A DNA stretch of 55,758 bases, counting the filler, from Sphacelaria rigidula (Eukaryota), in the NCBI GenBank assembly GCA_964200075.2. It is 4 parts of 4 records of this genome, joined end to end, with 100 filler letters (N's around TTAATTAATTAA, not from the genome) between each part and the next. Parts side by side here need not be neighbours in the genome. Positions count along the whole stretch, not along the records: positions 27,933 to 41,797 come from CAXNAA020002626.1; positions 41,898 to 55,758 come from CAXNAA020002627.1; 2 more parts are not named here. The stretch is one strand, 5' to 3'. Positions 39,252 to 52,045 of this stretch are shown piece by piece (the stretch's first letter is position 1; each line of letters opens with the position of its first letter). Position numbers and translations under genes: made by a program. Below the pieces are notes generated by a model. The model saw nothing but the letters and a program-made list of their open reading frames with translations. It had not been told where the DNA came from and made no database searches.

Positions 39252-39696
39252 AACACGGGATCTTACAAAATGGGGATGGATCTTTTACTGGGGATGAGAA
39301 ACCCGGAGGATTAAAATCTCCGTATCCACACCAAATCTTCGAAATATGGTTCCATTTCTTCATCTACCAAAAACTATTGACAACTGCTACACGCCATAGA
39401 AGTTTGAATTTCGATCACCGAAATTTTGGGGTCCTAGGTGAAAAACCGGTTTTGGGGAATTCCGTGTGTCCAAACGGACGCCAAAATGGTTCCGAAATTG
39501 GTTTTTTCACCCAGGACCCCAACATTTCGGTGATCGAAATCGAAACTTCCACGGCGTGTAGCAGTTGTCAATAGTTATCGGTAGGTGAAGAAATAGAACC
39601 ATATTTCGAAGATTTGTTGTGGATACGAAGATTTTAATTCTTCGGGTTTCTCATCCCCGATAAAAGATACATCCCCAATTTGTAAGATCCCGTGTT
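39252..39696. mobile_element. 445-bp foldback MITE with about 200-bp inverted arms and 4-bp target-site duplication (ACTG)
   Basis: AACACGGGATCTTACAAA... at the left and ...TTTGTAAGATCCCGTGTT at the right; arms complementary up to about 39450/39497; ACTG at 39248-39251 and 39697-39700. Confidence 0.92.
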
Positions 39697-39787
39697 ACTG
39701 GGGGAAACGATCGAAACGTTCACCTTCACCCAGCGAGTTATCTGTCGAGAGATATGTCACGTCATTGCAACACGGAAGGCGACTTTG

Positions 39788-39980
39788 CGGTCGACGAGGG
39801 GGACGGAGTGCTAAACCCTTTTCGCGATAAACCGGAAGGTGAGTGCCGCAGAAGGAAAGTGTAGTGCTAAAAATATGAGAAAAATCCTGTGTTTGACTTT
39901 ACCGTGTGACCCGGTTGATACGCCTACATATACCGAAAGGTGACGACTGGCGTCAAGATAGGATGGCAACACACGCACTC
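39788..39980 (+). mobile_element. 5'-truncated, diverged type A SINE
   Basis: Colinear similarity to 53430-53640 (ggtcgacgaggg...tcgcgata...gcagaaggaaag...cctgtgtttgac...gtgtgacccgg...gatggcaacacac). Confidence 0.7.
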
Positions 39981-40099
39981 GTTGGTTTACAATACACATG
40001 CTCACAATCGCACGACGAGTGAAAGCGTTGGAGTTGTCCCTGAACCATTCGTGAAGACAAGTCTACGGGTGAACATCCGTATACCCTAACCCTATATTT

Positions 40100-41750
40100 C
40101 CGTGGCTTGCTTGTACTGTTTCAGAAATATTCCGGATGTGGATCGGCGTCATGTACATAAATCGTTATCATACACTAGCGACGACGAGTCAGATGGGGAG
40201 TCAAAGGACCTGTTGAGGGGGAAGAGGAATTTGTTGAGCGGGAATAATAGGAGTCGTGGAACTCCAGCGATTCTTGCTGTTGCGACAGCATCCCGCTGAC
40301 ATGGAGGTTGAGGATCCGCGGGTCCACTGCTCCGATGTTACTGAATGTGATGATCGATTCATCGTAAAAGACGGTAGCGCCTGTGTTTTTAGACCTCTAT
40401 CACTCAAGATCAGATTGCCATGTGGACTCCTCCCATCACGGGCACATGGACTTCAGCAGCTTCAGTTATTTATGCATTAACCCTCAGCATAGTGCAGGAG
40501 AACAAGACCATATAGCCTCTCTCCACCAGAGTAACAAAACCGGCTGTACTCGTAATGGAGGTCACCATCACAGAGTCTGGCAATCAGACCCGCAACTCCA
40601 CCTACACAATGTCCCTGACCTTAGGTAACAATGGTGGCTAGGTCTACAGCACCCCCAAAGCTCTCTACTACCAACAAGTAGTTACATCAGAGCTTGACAA
40701 ACTCAGACATCATTGGTGCCTGATAGTACCGGCGTTTCCCGCAAAGAAATGCAATCTCTTCGCTGCTTTCGACAACATCTCCATACAAGCTTGCCCCACT
40801 TTCGAACAACTCGCAAGAGATTCCAAGAAAATATCGTCCACCATGAACATGCAATCACGCTACTTGCACCACTTCGAGTTACAAAGCGATAGCTAGCGCC
40901 AAAGTCTCAAATCTTCGCCCAAAACAAGTATCTTGACTCTTCATCGGCACAAAACCGGAAATGTCAGCAAACGTCAAATTCCAGAGCATTCGTGACTCAT
41001 CGCCTCTCTCTCATCCGAGAAAAGGTTCTTCTCAACAGACAAAATGCACTCTTTGTACGTTCAACACCTGCGCAACGGAGTGCAATAGGCAAATGATACA
41101 TCATTCTTACCCTAGAAGGAAATAATGCACCTAACACGTCTAAAACGCACCTGACCTTTTGCTGCACCACCGTAAAAGACTTATGCATCGCATGCCTCCC
41201 CGCCGTCAAAGCTCCAATGCTTCAACTTGCCACAACAGCAAACACCTCAGGAAATGCCTCCTTTGTAGTCCTCCAGCCCGCTCCTGAGAAACAGCAGCAC
41301 TCGAACCACAACCCCGTGCACAGCGTTGAGCAGCCTTTCCTCTCGGACACTCCCTCCTTGCAACTTCAGTCTAGCTACATCTGGCACCTCCATGGTGTAG
41401 CTCAACACGCCTCTAAAAGGTATATTCGCACCGCCAAACCAATGCGACAGATCCTCTGCCTCCACAGATACTTGGGCAGGACTGAACACCTGCGCTTCAG
41501 TCGGTTTTACAGAGAAAACCAGAGGCGAAACGGGAACAGCTACACAGTCCCGAACAGCAATGCCTCCTGATGGCACACTATCCTCCTCAAACACCCCGCG
41601 GCGAAACGGTGGAGACACCTCCGTAATCGCCGCCAAATACGTCAAAGCTGTCCATGTAAACAGCAATGCACACGACCACCCCAACACCACGCGACGCTTG
41701 TCGTCGCCGTCAGAATTGTGATCGCTAACAGCATCACGAGCTTGCAACTC
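40100..41750 (-). pseudogene. Degenerate coding-like sequence of unknown origin (probably a TE remnant)
   Basis: Consecutive minus-strand reading segments (41747-41247, 41209-40997 and further stop-riddled pieces) without clear splice structure or recognisable motifs. Confidence 0.25.
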
Positions 41751-41797
41751 GCTCTGCGTACCCGCTTCACGCGGGTCACACGCCCCTGTTGTTTCGA

Positions 41798-41897
41798 NNN
41801 NNNNNNNNNNNNNNNNNNNNNNNNNNNNNNNNNNNNNNNNNTTAATTAATTAANNNNNNNNNNNNNNNNNNNNNNNNNNNNNNNNNNNNNNNNNNNN
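41798..41897. other. Assembly gap pad
   Basis: Same 100-nt construct; a separate 10-N gap lies at 18041-18050. Confidence 0.97.
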
Positions 41898-43478
41898 AGG
41901 AAGGCCCCCCAGGAAGTTTCGCCCCCCCCAATTGTTCCCGCCTTCCACCCCCCCCCCCCCCCCCCTCCCTCTCTATGAGCCTCTTTTCATACGTCTTTGA
42001 CGAGAAGAGGTGTGTGTGTTGTGTGTGTTGCCATCCCATCAATTCTGAATGCCAGTCTACACCTTTCGGCATATGTGGGAGCATCTGGCCGACGCCTTCT
42101 TGTTTGACGTCAGTCAGCGGTCAAAAAGGGATTTTCCATCGATCAGAAATTCCCGTCTACAAAAAAACGACCAGTTAGCGAAATACCGGCACTTTCTCAC
42201 TCGTCTCATCGTTGATACGCATTATTTTACAAAAACAAGACAACCAAAGAACCACGTTGGACACAAACTCAAACGCCAAAGGAACTGCACGACCACCAGT
42301 CGCCTTGATGCAGGATGCCTACGACTGCCGTAACTGGTGATCACAACAACACAGAACAAATACGAGATACGCGGAAATCAACACAGTGCCTCACGTAGAT
42401 TCATCCTCCCACGCAGCGTGTGACTCTTCAACTCTTACCGAGAAATAACGCAACGAGCGTACACCCGAACCTCTTGAAAGGGAAACCAGTACGATATCAG
42501 CGGCAATCCATAACCGTTTGCCAGCACTCACACCCTTCCTTCTTTACTGTGCCAGAGGAGACGGCGAGCACCAGATCGGCAGCAAATTCGAAACAAATTC
42601 GAAACAAATTCGAAACAAATCAATCCACAGAGGGAAAGGCTCTCACTGGACAAAGCGATGCCCTCCGCTCCCCAACTCAGCGCGGGAACTCCCACACGAG
42701 AACTCCCCAAACTCAACACAACCCCCTTCGAGTAGCACTCAATCGAGCGCATTTCTTGCACCGTATATAACCGTACAAAATCATCCAGGTATACGAAACA
42801 TCAAAAATGGCATGGTGTCAGCCAGCCACGGTGCCAAACACGCCGCGTGACCTCAACATCCCCACAGCAAAACGGATAATTAACAGACGCGTACACTAAA
42901 CAGAAGGTAAACTCGACATTTCGAAAGACACGGGGTGGGTGATGAACGACAAGACATTTTATTTCACACTCGGTACGAAACGAACAAAACTAAACAATTC
43001 GTGCGCTGCAAAGTAAACGGATAATAAAAATCGCTTACCCTCTCGCGGCAATGTATTTTCATCTCTCTTTCCCACGCAAAGCAAAAGCTTTGCAACACGA
43101 TAACCTGCAATATACAGTGACCAACGAAGCATACTGTACTTTGCTACCGGTTTTGTCGCGACGAGCGCTCGCGAACCACCCAATTTTTTCTAGCGCTGAT
43201 ACCAGGTATTCAGCAATCAATAATTATATATCGTTCAATATCACACAGTACGAAGGCCTGTACGCTCATTCCACAAGGTTTGTGGCGTCCGTTCGTCACC
43301 AACGCAGTGAAAAAACTGGAGGGAAAACACAAACAAAATAAATCATTGCACCGCCACGCTGCACGACATTCTTTTGAACTGCTCTCACTGAATCTCATTC
43401 ACGCAAAGTACCTGCTACCGACTCTTCAGCCATCATAGCTTTCGACAAAAAAAAAAAATCCATAACAGCTGCCATGCT

Positions 43479-46400
43479 TTACATCACTACACAGCAACCA
43501 CCACCACTTGCCCGTAATTTACGGCCAGCCTTCTTTCCCGGCGGCATTGCATCGCCTCCTACTTGTACCTCTTCTTTGCCGTAACGCACCGAGGTGGCCA
43601 CGCCGCCGTCGCCTTCCTCAACCAGACCGCCTGGAGATGGTAGTGCTGCAGCGTGGGAAGGCGCAAGGGCGTACTCGTCACGCTTACGGGTACCTTCACC
43701 TCCCGAAGTTTTTTCCTGACCGTTCTGGGTGTCCGCATCAGCCTTCACGGACCCTCCTGTCGACCGCGTCTCCACGGGGTCGCAACCGTCACTTGGCATT
43801 CCCAAACCCGTCGCATCATCGCTACAAGCCCCTGCTGAGGCGATCTCGTTCCCAGTGATGTCGCTTCTGCTGCTCGCGCGGAAAACTGTCCCTCGCGCGC
43901 TCTCTAAAATAGCGTACAGGTCGTCCTCTTCTTGGTTGGTTTCGACGGGCGATGACATGGCCGCGTTCTCCTCCCACCAGCGGCGGGCGGCCTCGACACG
44001 TTCCGGTTCCACCGCGCGGACGGGTGAGGCGGGCTTTTCTTTCTCCACGGTGACAGATGGTGCATGAACGCCTTCGAGATTGCCGCTCGCGTCCGGCGAT
44101 CGAGCTGCATCACCGTGGGTCACGGGGGCTTCGATGTTGTTGTCCGCTTCGTTGTGCAAGTTTGCGACGCCGTCCACCTTGATCATCGAGACAGCGTCAC
44201 ATGTCGCAATCCCGCCACATTCCACGAGTACACCCTCGTCGCTGTCCGCTTTGTCCGACGGAACGTCAGCGCCGCCGTCTACCTCGGTGTCTGCGGCGGG
44301 AATCCCCATGACTGCATCTAAGACACCAGACGACGAATCATCGACTACATTTTCCATGTCTCCATCGCTGGCATGCGTCGATGCAGCCTCGTCCATGTCT
44401 ACCTCCGAAACCACGGCGACTAGGCCGTTCGCGTTTGGTGGCGTACTTGTCTGGTGCTTTTCAAACTGCCCACCCACCCTGCTCGCGATGCTCTCCTCGC
44501 CGCTAGCCAAAACGTCCATTACGTTCGAACTCGAGCCCTCGCTCTCGACGGGATCCCTCTTGTGGGAGATGACTGAGTCCTCGACGCAAGTCCCTGCTGC
44601 CTTGTCGTCCAACTCCTTCGGTCGGTCAGCACCGACGGGCGAGCTGATACCAGTGGCTGTTTCCTCGGCCTGATCGCCGGAAACCACACCATAATTCTTG
44701 TCGAACTCGTCCGCCGTAACTACATCGCAGCCGTTGGTGCTGAGTCCTTCCTCTTCGCCTGCCGCCGTAACCCCGATGGTTTCATTGTCTGAAGCATCTT
44801 GGGCGAGTTGGTCTTGCGAATGCGTCGACGTGCCCTCGAATGCCATTGAGAAAAGTTCGTTGTAGCTTGGCGGTGGTTCCGACTCGTCACTCGGGCCCAA
44901 CGAGTCAACAATTTCTTCCTCAGAACTTGAACTTGTGGCATCCATATTGTCCCCACTGTCTTCCTGTGGGGTCACAGATTTGGAGCATCTCCCGGTGATA
45001 TACTCGGTGGTTTCGGGTACTCCATCCTCCACAGCGAAGGAGGCCTCCTCGTCAGAATTTCCAGCGACTTTCTCGCCAGTACCTGACGGTTGTAACGGAT
45101 CAACGTCGGTGCCCACAACGCCATCATCAGGTAGTGCTCGACCCACCCTTTCCTCCCTAGACTTTGCCAGCAGCAACTCCTTCGAATCGGTTTCGTGATG
45201 CGACGCACCATCGGAACAACTTTCTGCAGGACCATCGCTTATGCTAGGTGCCGCATCCACGACGACGGGCACCTCCTCCACAATTTCTCCGGCGTCTTTC
45301 TCGCTAGCACTTGATGGTCTGGATGAATCAACGTCCGCGCTAGGTGCGGTGTCCTCTACTGCAACCGCCGCCTCCTCAACAATATCTATGACGTCCTTCT
45401 CGCTAGCACTGGATGGTCCGGACGACCAAAGGTCAGTGCTCGAGAAACAATTTTGGGCTGGGATATCTGTGGCGCTGGGCAGCGAGTGCTCCACGGCAAC
45501 CAGCGCCGTATCCACACGATCTCCGAGGTCTTTCTCGGTAGCACTGGACGATCCAGATGAGACAACCACAGTGGGCGAGGAGCAAGTTCCTGCGGGATTC
45601 TCGGTGGCGCTAGGTGCCGCATCCTCCTCAGCAACCGGTACCTTCTCCGCAGTTTTTCCGGCGTCTTCCTCGCTACCGCTAGACGGTTCGGACGAGGCAG
45701 CCTCAGTGCGCGAGGAACGACTTTCTACGAGGCTCTCGGTAACGCTGAGTGCGGTGTCCTCCACGGCACCCGGCGCCTTCTCCATAATATTTCCAGCATC
45801 CTTCTCGCTAGCAGTGGACGGTCCGGACGAGCTTACGCTACTGCTTGAGGAATAAATTTCGGCGGGAACATGGATGGCGATGGGTGGCGCGTCCTCGACG
45901 GCAATCAGCGCCTTCTCCACAATATCTTCGGCGTCTTTCTCACTAGCATTGGACGGTCCGGACGAGACAACCGCAGTGGGCGACGAGCAAGTTCCTGCAT
46001 GATTTTCGGTTACACAACTTACCGCCTCTCCCACAGTTTCTGTGGCGTCTATTGTGTCGCCAGCACTAGACAGTGAAGACGGACCAGAGTAAGTGCTCAA
46101 GGGATTATCTTCCACGTGATTCTCGGTGGCGCTAGGCGCCGCGTCCTCCACGGGAACTGGAACCTTCTCCACAGTTCCTCCGAGGTGTTTATCGCTAACG
46201 CCGAACGGCCCGCACGAACTTGCGTCAGTACTCGAGGGACAGGGTTCTACGGCAATATCGGTGGCGCTCGGCGCCGCGTCCTCCACGGCAAATGGCACCT
46301 TCCCCACTGTATCTCTGGCGTCTTTCTCGCTAGCACTGGATGGTTCGCACGAGCCAACATGCGCGCTCCAGGAACAACCTTCGATGGTAACATCGGTGGT

Positions 46401-49400
46401 ATTATGTGCGATGTCTTCCACAGCAAACGGCGCTTTCTCCGCTCGATCCGAGTACGTGCTCGAGAGATTACTTCCTGCCGGATTCTCGGTGGCACTAGGT
46501 GCTGCGTCCTCCACGGTAACCGGCACCTTCTCCACAGTTTCTCCGGCATTTTTCTCGCTAATACCGGACGGTCCGGACGAATCAATATACGTGCTCGAGG
46601 AACAACCTTCGGCGGGAAGATCGGTGGCACTACGCGCGACGTCTTCCGTAACAACCGGTGCCTTCTCCACGCACTCTCCGACATCTTCCTCGCTAGCACT
46701 GGACGGTCCGGACGGACCGGCGTCAGTGGTTGAGGGATAAGTTTCTGCTTGATACTCGGTGACGCTAGGCGCCTCGTTCACCACAGCAACCCGTGCCTCC
46801 TTCACGGCGAGCGATGCCTCCTCCGCGGTATCTCCAGCGTCCGTCTTGCTAGCACTGGATGGTACGAACGAAGAAAGGTGAGTACTCGAGGAAACACTCT
46901 TGGGGAAGTGCTCGGCGCTAGGCGCCTCGTCCACCACGGCGAGCGGCGCCTCCTCCGCACCATTTTCGGCGTGTTCCTCCCTAGCACTGGACGGTCCGGA
47001 TGGATCAACCTCAATGGTCGAGGTTTCCAGGCCCTCCTGTTTCAACACACCGTCAGACGCCACAGCTCCGCACTCCTCTCCCCTCTCGGCCGGAACGCCA
47101 TAGCCGTAGCGAGAGGAGATTTGCCGGATTCGCGCAATATCGACAGCGAGCTCTGCAGATCCCCGTGCGCCTGGCGATAAGGCGCGGTACTCTTGTAAGA
47201 GGGGTGTAAGGCTTTGGCTTCCGGCTTCTGTGTCAGCACCGCGATCGCCTCTCCCCCCAACGGTTCCAACTTCCTCGACCACTGCAGTGTTGGCGGCGGG
47301 TGTCTGATCCTCCAAGGTATAAGACACTTCACCCTTTTCACTTTCGCTGTCCGAACACTCCCATCGTCCAGCACTGTCAACAGATTCACTGTCTGAGATT
47401 TGAGCCACGCGATCAAATCCTTCCATCATTCCACCAGAGAGAGGTCTTTCTGGTTCCGTGAACCCTGGCGTGAACCGCTCTCCCGCGATGTCGTCGTCTT
47501 CGGATTCCACCTCATCGTGTACGCCGCTCGGACCGAGGTCTTGGGCAGGGAATATCTTATTGTTGCTGTGATCGTTCCCAACATGTTGATGGCGTCCACC
47601 ACTGCTCGGTTGAATCCTAGCCGGCTCTACATGCAGCAACTTCGGGCGGCGAACCGGCGAATGCCACGCCTGGTTCCCTGGAGCTTCTGGACATGCGACG
47701 CCGTCGTCGCTATGCAAGCTAATGCTACGCGGTCTGTCCTCTCCCGGGTCGTCAACGAAACTTCGCGGCTCTCCTGTCCGACTCCAATCCTTGCTGCGTG
47801 GGGGAGATTCAGGCCATGAGAACACAGGGACTGTGGTGACGTCATCAATCTCCAGCCCCTCCGTCGGAGATACCGCGTCCTGATGGGGCAATCGCAGGGA
47901 AGCGGAGTGGGGGAAAGTGGGGGTGACAGCAGGCCGGGAAAGGGTCAAGAGTCGGAGCTTTTATAACGGCGCATTGAGTCGTCACGGGCGGAAGAGGAAA
48001 AGACGTTTTGTTTCGTTGCCTTAAACTCGGCTTGGGGATCAACGTCGATCGGGTGGGGGATAACAACAGTACATGATGAATGCACCCGTGATTTTTGGCT
48101 GGCGTTCCGGGACGCTTCTCTTCGCCTCCACGCTTTGGCCGGCGAGTGACAAATATACGAGAATAAACTGGGGATGGTCACAGGTCATTTCAGTGAACCG
48201 GGTTCGATTGCTATACACGAATGTGATGAGCAGCCTCACACCGACGCGGCTTCGGCAGCATCTACATGTGGTTTAAAAAAAAGACTTCTCGGGTCATGAA
48301 GATCATGATGACCAGTCAAGGCCACCGTGGGGGCAAAAAAACACGTCACCCTACACCAACAGCTGCGCAACTTGCTGTAACCTGCCTCGATAAATAAGGC
48401 TATGTGGATGCGCAGCTGTGAAGAGTGGAGGGGAAATTGTAGGAGCCACACATCGAAGAAACGTGATAGATCTAGGTTGAAAGAGGGTTGCACTCAAGGA
48501 ATTGATTTTAGTGATGGGCGGGCGGGTATGATATATAACTCGTGGGGCGAACATGGAAATACCACGAGGACACGCGTTCAAAAGGTGGCCCTGGCATACA
48601 ACACAGAGGAGAGACAGCACGCGTTGGGAGCAAGTGATGTTCGAATGACACATTAGTAAAAGGAGAAAGACCACACGAACAAGGCAACGATCATGACCCC
48701 GCTCCGACAAAGGATCCACAAGTAAGTTGTGGCTACACAGGCCGGATAGGTGCCCAGTTTGGCTTTGCTTAAAGTCAGAGCCACACAGAAAAAAAACAGC
48801 TGATGGTTGTCCGAACTGGCAGCTAAACCATGTGCCAGACCTTCGTCGAACTCTCCGTCGAACTCCTTGTTGATAACACCTCGCAATACCCACCAACCCT
48901 GTGACTGCCAGTCACTGTGAATCATGTAGGTACTTGAGGCACTGTTTACGTGAAGATACCATCGACTCAAAAGCAAGACCACCCCTGGCTGTCAAGGGGA
49001 TAACCTACTCGATAACTTTCAGACACTGTACTACCGTAATGTACTCTGCCATCGCTACAAGCGAGACGCACCGTAAAACAAAAACGAGAGTTGCTCAGCC
49101 CGGGAACCAACCTCGCAGAACGCATGACTGTCGAATCCGGTCTTGCAAAGCACACACGAGTCACCCATGCACGAAAACACAACAAATAGAGAGCGACAAC
49201 AATTCTCGTACCCTAGTACTTGGTACTCACGGCCTCGTCTCCCGAACAACCATTGCTCGAAGCCACCTGCTCATCAACAACGCCACTCAAGTCCACGCCA
49301 TCCCTGCAGTCGCCAGCACCTTCGCCACCATCCCCCCCGCTGCCCCGAGGCGCCGCGTTATTGAAAAAAACTTTCGTGTCCCCAGGGATAACAAGGCACT

Positions 49401-49773
49401 CTTCCAGGGTTGGGCCATCCTTGCTGGGTAACGGCGGGGTGTCCCACTTGAGCGGTTTGCGCGCCGATAGAGCCCCGAACGATTTAGTACCCGACAGCCC
49501 CGGAGTCGTCAGTACATCTATATGCACCGGTTTCGCTGGCTCGCTTTGACGGCGCCCACTGTCCACAGATCCCGCGCGCGCGCGATCGCCTGTCGAACAA
49601 GTTGACGAGGAGGACGAGCTGAACATCATCGGAGAGTACGGGGAGAAGCTGCCACCACCCGTCGTCCTGCGGCGGGTACTGCTGCCGCTGCTCACGGTGC
49701 TCATGCTGCTGATACTGCTACTGGTGCGCCTGCCGCGTGCGGGCACCGATCCACCTCGCGAGGATCTCCTCGC
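43479..49773 (-). CDS. Spliced gene: large acidic, Ser/Ala/Glu-rich disordered protein with 45-aa tandem repeats and C-terminal CaaX (CCVVM)
   Basis: Stop-free 4.4-kb terminal exon 47879-43479 (acceptor CATCAG|GAC). Phase-consistent upstream exons 49773-49231, 48898-48841, 48132-48086; weaker candidates 50236-50136, 50602-50540, 50997-50815. Ends KKAGRKLRASGGGCCVVM*. Confidence 0.82.
44975..47010 (-). repeat. Coding tandem repeat, about 14-15 diverged copies of a 135-nt (45-aa) unit
   Basis: Consensus approx. SSGPSSASEKDAGxTVEKAPVAVEDAAPSATExPAExCSSST; 'ggacggtccggacga' recurs at 45816 and 45951 (135-nt spacing); some units are shortened in frame. Confidence 0.9.
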
Positions 49774-51297
49774 CTGGCGAGAGAAATGATTGCGCGCGGA
49801 GCAGGGCAAGCCGAGGGTTGAAGGTGCGTGTATTTTGGATCCCAGTTCGTTCGTAAGTGTCCCGTGTTCTGCGGCGCGGGGAGGGTGGGGGGGGGGCAAT
49901 ACTGATACTGGGTTGATATATTTATTTCGATGGATTGATGGTGGCTCATGACCTGATCTTCAACTAGATAGACGTACCCAAGGTGCACAAGACGGGGACA
50001 CTCGTGAAGCAAATATATATATATATATATATACGATATATACCGGAAGTCTACATCACTCATCATTCTGCTCAGGTTCAACCGGGCATGGGATGAATTT
50101 GGTTCAAATCTGAACCACGACACAGGCGACTTGACCCTTAGACAGCGAACGTCGCCTCCGAACACAGGCTGATGGTCCAGGGACATCCGGCGGTTTCCAG
50201 AGGCGGGGGGGGTGGTTCCTGTCAGGGGGTGGGGGCCTGTTCGCACAACAGCCGGAAAGCTCACCATGTCAACCATGTGTGTGTGTGTGTGTGTGTTGTC
50301 GCCCCATCTAGTTAACCATGTGTGTTTAGAAATGTCCAACGGAAAATTATGGGTCAAGAACGAGGCCCGAGAGGAGTGGAGTGATAATTGTGGCCAACCA
50401 CGGCTATCAAAATTGTCACTGTGTTGCCGTACATGTGGACTACAGGTTAACTAACTACTTCGCTGTCTAGCAATATTTCTCATTTTGGTTGTAACAATTC
50501 AACCATAGATAGCATGGGCACGAGTAAGATGCGTTTTACTCTGCTCGTGTTCTACGCCGCCTGTCTGACCCCTGATGTGTTGCCGGCATACTTTCACGCT
50601 GTCTGCGATGTTGATGTGAAACACTCGGCAGAGACATCAGCAGCGTGCAGTTGACTGTGTTCGGTGGAGAGCAATGCCACGCTGGTCCTGTCCTGCATTC
50701 GTATGCAGCGAAGACATGCAGAGCACACACTGACTCTGCACGCGATTGACTGCAGGGTCAAAACCGGTCAGGTGTTCCCCGGGACTACTTCCTCTATAGA
50801 TGCCCAACATACACATGCCCAGCGAGAAAAGAGCTGTTGTACAGCAGAAGAAGGATTGGAGTTTTCAATCGCTTCCGCAGCTGTGTGCCCTTTTGTCGCA
50901 TCCACGCCCGGGATGTTGTCGACTGGTTCAAAGTCTGAACCGTGTCCAAGTGGGTTCTCAATTGAAATCCCATTGTCGACGCCACAGTAAAAGGGACCTG
51001 TAGACGGAGGCCATGTCTTATCTCATCCAGAACGTGGGTGTGCGTGTGTCGGTGATGACTTCTCAGTCAGTGTAGGGGAACGGGGCGTGTAGAGACGCGA
51101 CGTGGACTTGGACTGGACGAGCTTTGCAAGGCAAGGGTTGGGGTTGGAGAACAGAGTGGCCGATAGGGGCACCAGGACGGGGCACTTCCAACTGAAGAGT
51201 ATGACTAGCCCAGACTGTTTTTAGAGGACGACAGTCTCAGGGTGACATGCCCGGGGTTTTTAGGAAGCGGGTCCGGTCGGATAGAGGTCATCATCAC

Positions 51298-51425
51298 GGT
51301 CGCCACGATGGCTCAGTTGGTAACGTAACCTTCTGACCGTTGGGTCGTCGATTTGAATCTCGATGCAGTCACACGATCTGGGATTCTTTCTCACGCCATC
51401 CCCAAATAGTTCCGGAGAGCGTCTG
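51298..51425 (+). mobile_element. Type A SINE head fragment
   Basis: TGGCTCAGTTGGTAAC...CTGACCGTTGGGTCGT...GATCTGGGATT matches the heads of the other copies. Smaller fragments at 12520-12590, 42010-42085, 50280-50310; another tRNA-like head at about 9125-9200 (-). Confidence 0.7.
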
Positions 51426-52045
51426 ACCGGTTCTGACTGTGCAGTCAATAGCGTACAGAGTCAGTATGTGTGCGGTGTGTCTCTGCTGGATACAACGGCA
51501 AGAAACAGTCAGCGTATCATCGCTCTCCTCTGAGCACTATTCACTTGAAAAAAACTATGCATGATCTACATGGACTATCCTCGCGGTCTAAGGGTTAAGG
51601 GTGGCGGAATACACACTATGATGTCGGCGGTGATGTCCAGTAGAGATGAATATGCTGGCCTATTGAGTCGGGGTCAACCTTTTGACTGCAAGCGGTGGTC
51701 CATTGCAATGTTGCGCCAGAAAAAAAAAGCCAAATTTATGCGGATTTTCGCGTACAAGAGTCATCAATAAAATATCAGCTTAGAGCATACTCAGAGTAGG
51801 TATATAATCCACACGAGCGAGGAGCCCCTTGGGAAGGACCTACGGCCCAAGACGCAGCATATCTGAAAAGCGATATTCAAGGCTAGATCGTCGGCGCAAG
51901 TTGCAGGCTGAAAACGTGATCATGTCCCGCGTTCGGTGGTGTGAATGGTGTTGTTCGGTAAGGGTGCCTTGCGGGCTCCATGGTACGCCGATAGTTGGCG
52001 GCCACGGTTCGCGTTCCCGCCCATCACCACGGCTAGGGTGTAGTA

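Noticed and set aside
44975-47010. CRISPR-like array
   Set aside because: Units are 135-nt, in frame and diverged throughout, with no constant repeat/unique spacer pattern and no cas genes.
44080-47180. Plus-strand ORFs of 140-205 aa overlapping gene 3 (likewise 7495-7953 over gene 1)
   Set aside because: Antisense shadows of real coding exons.
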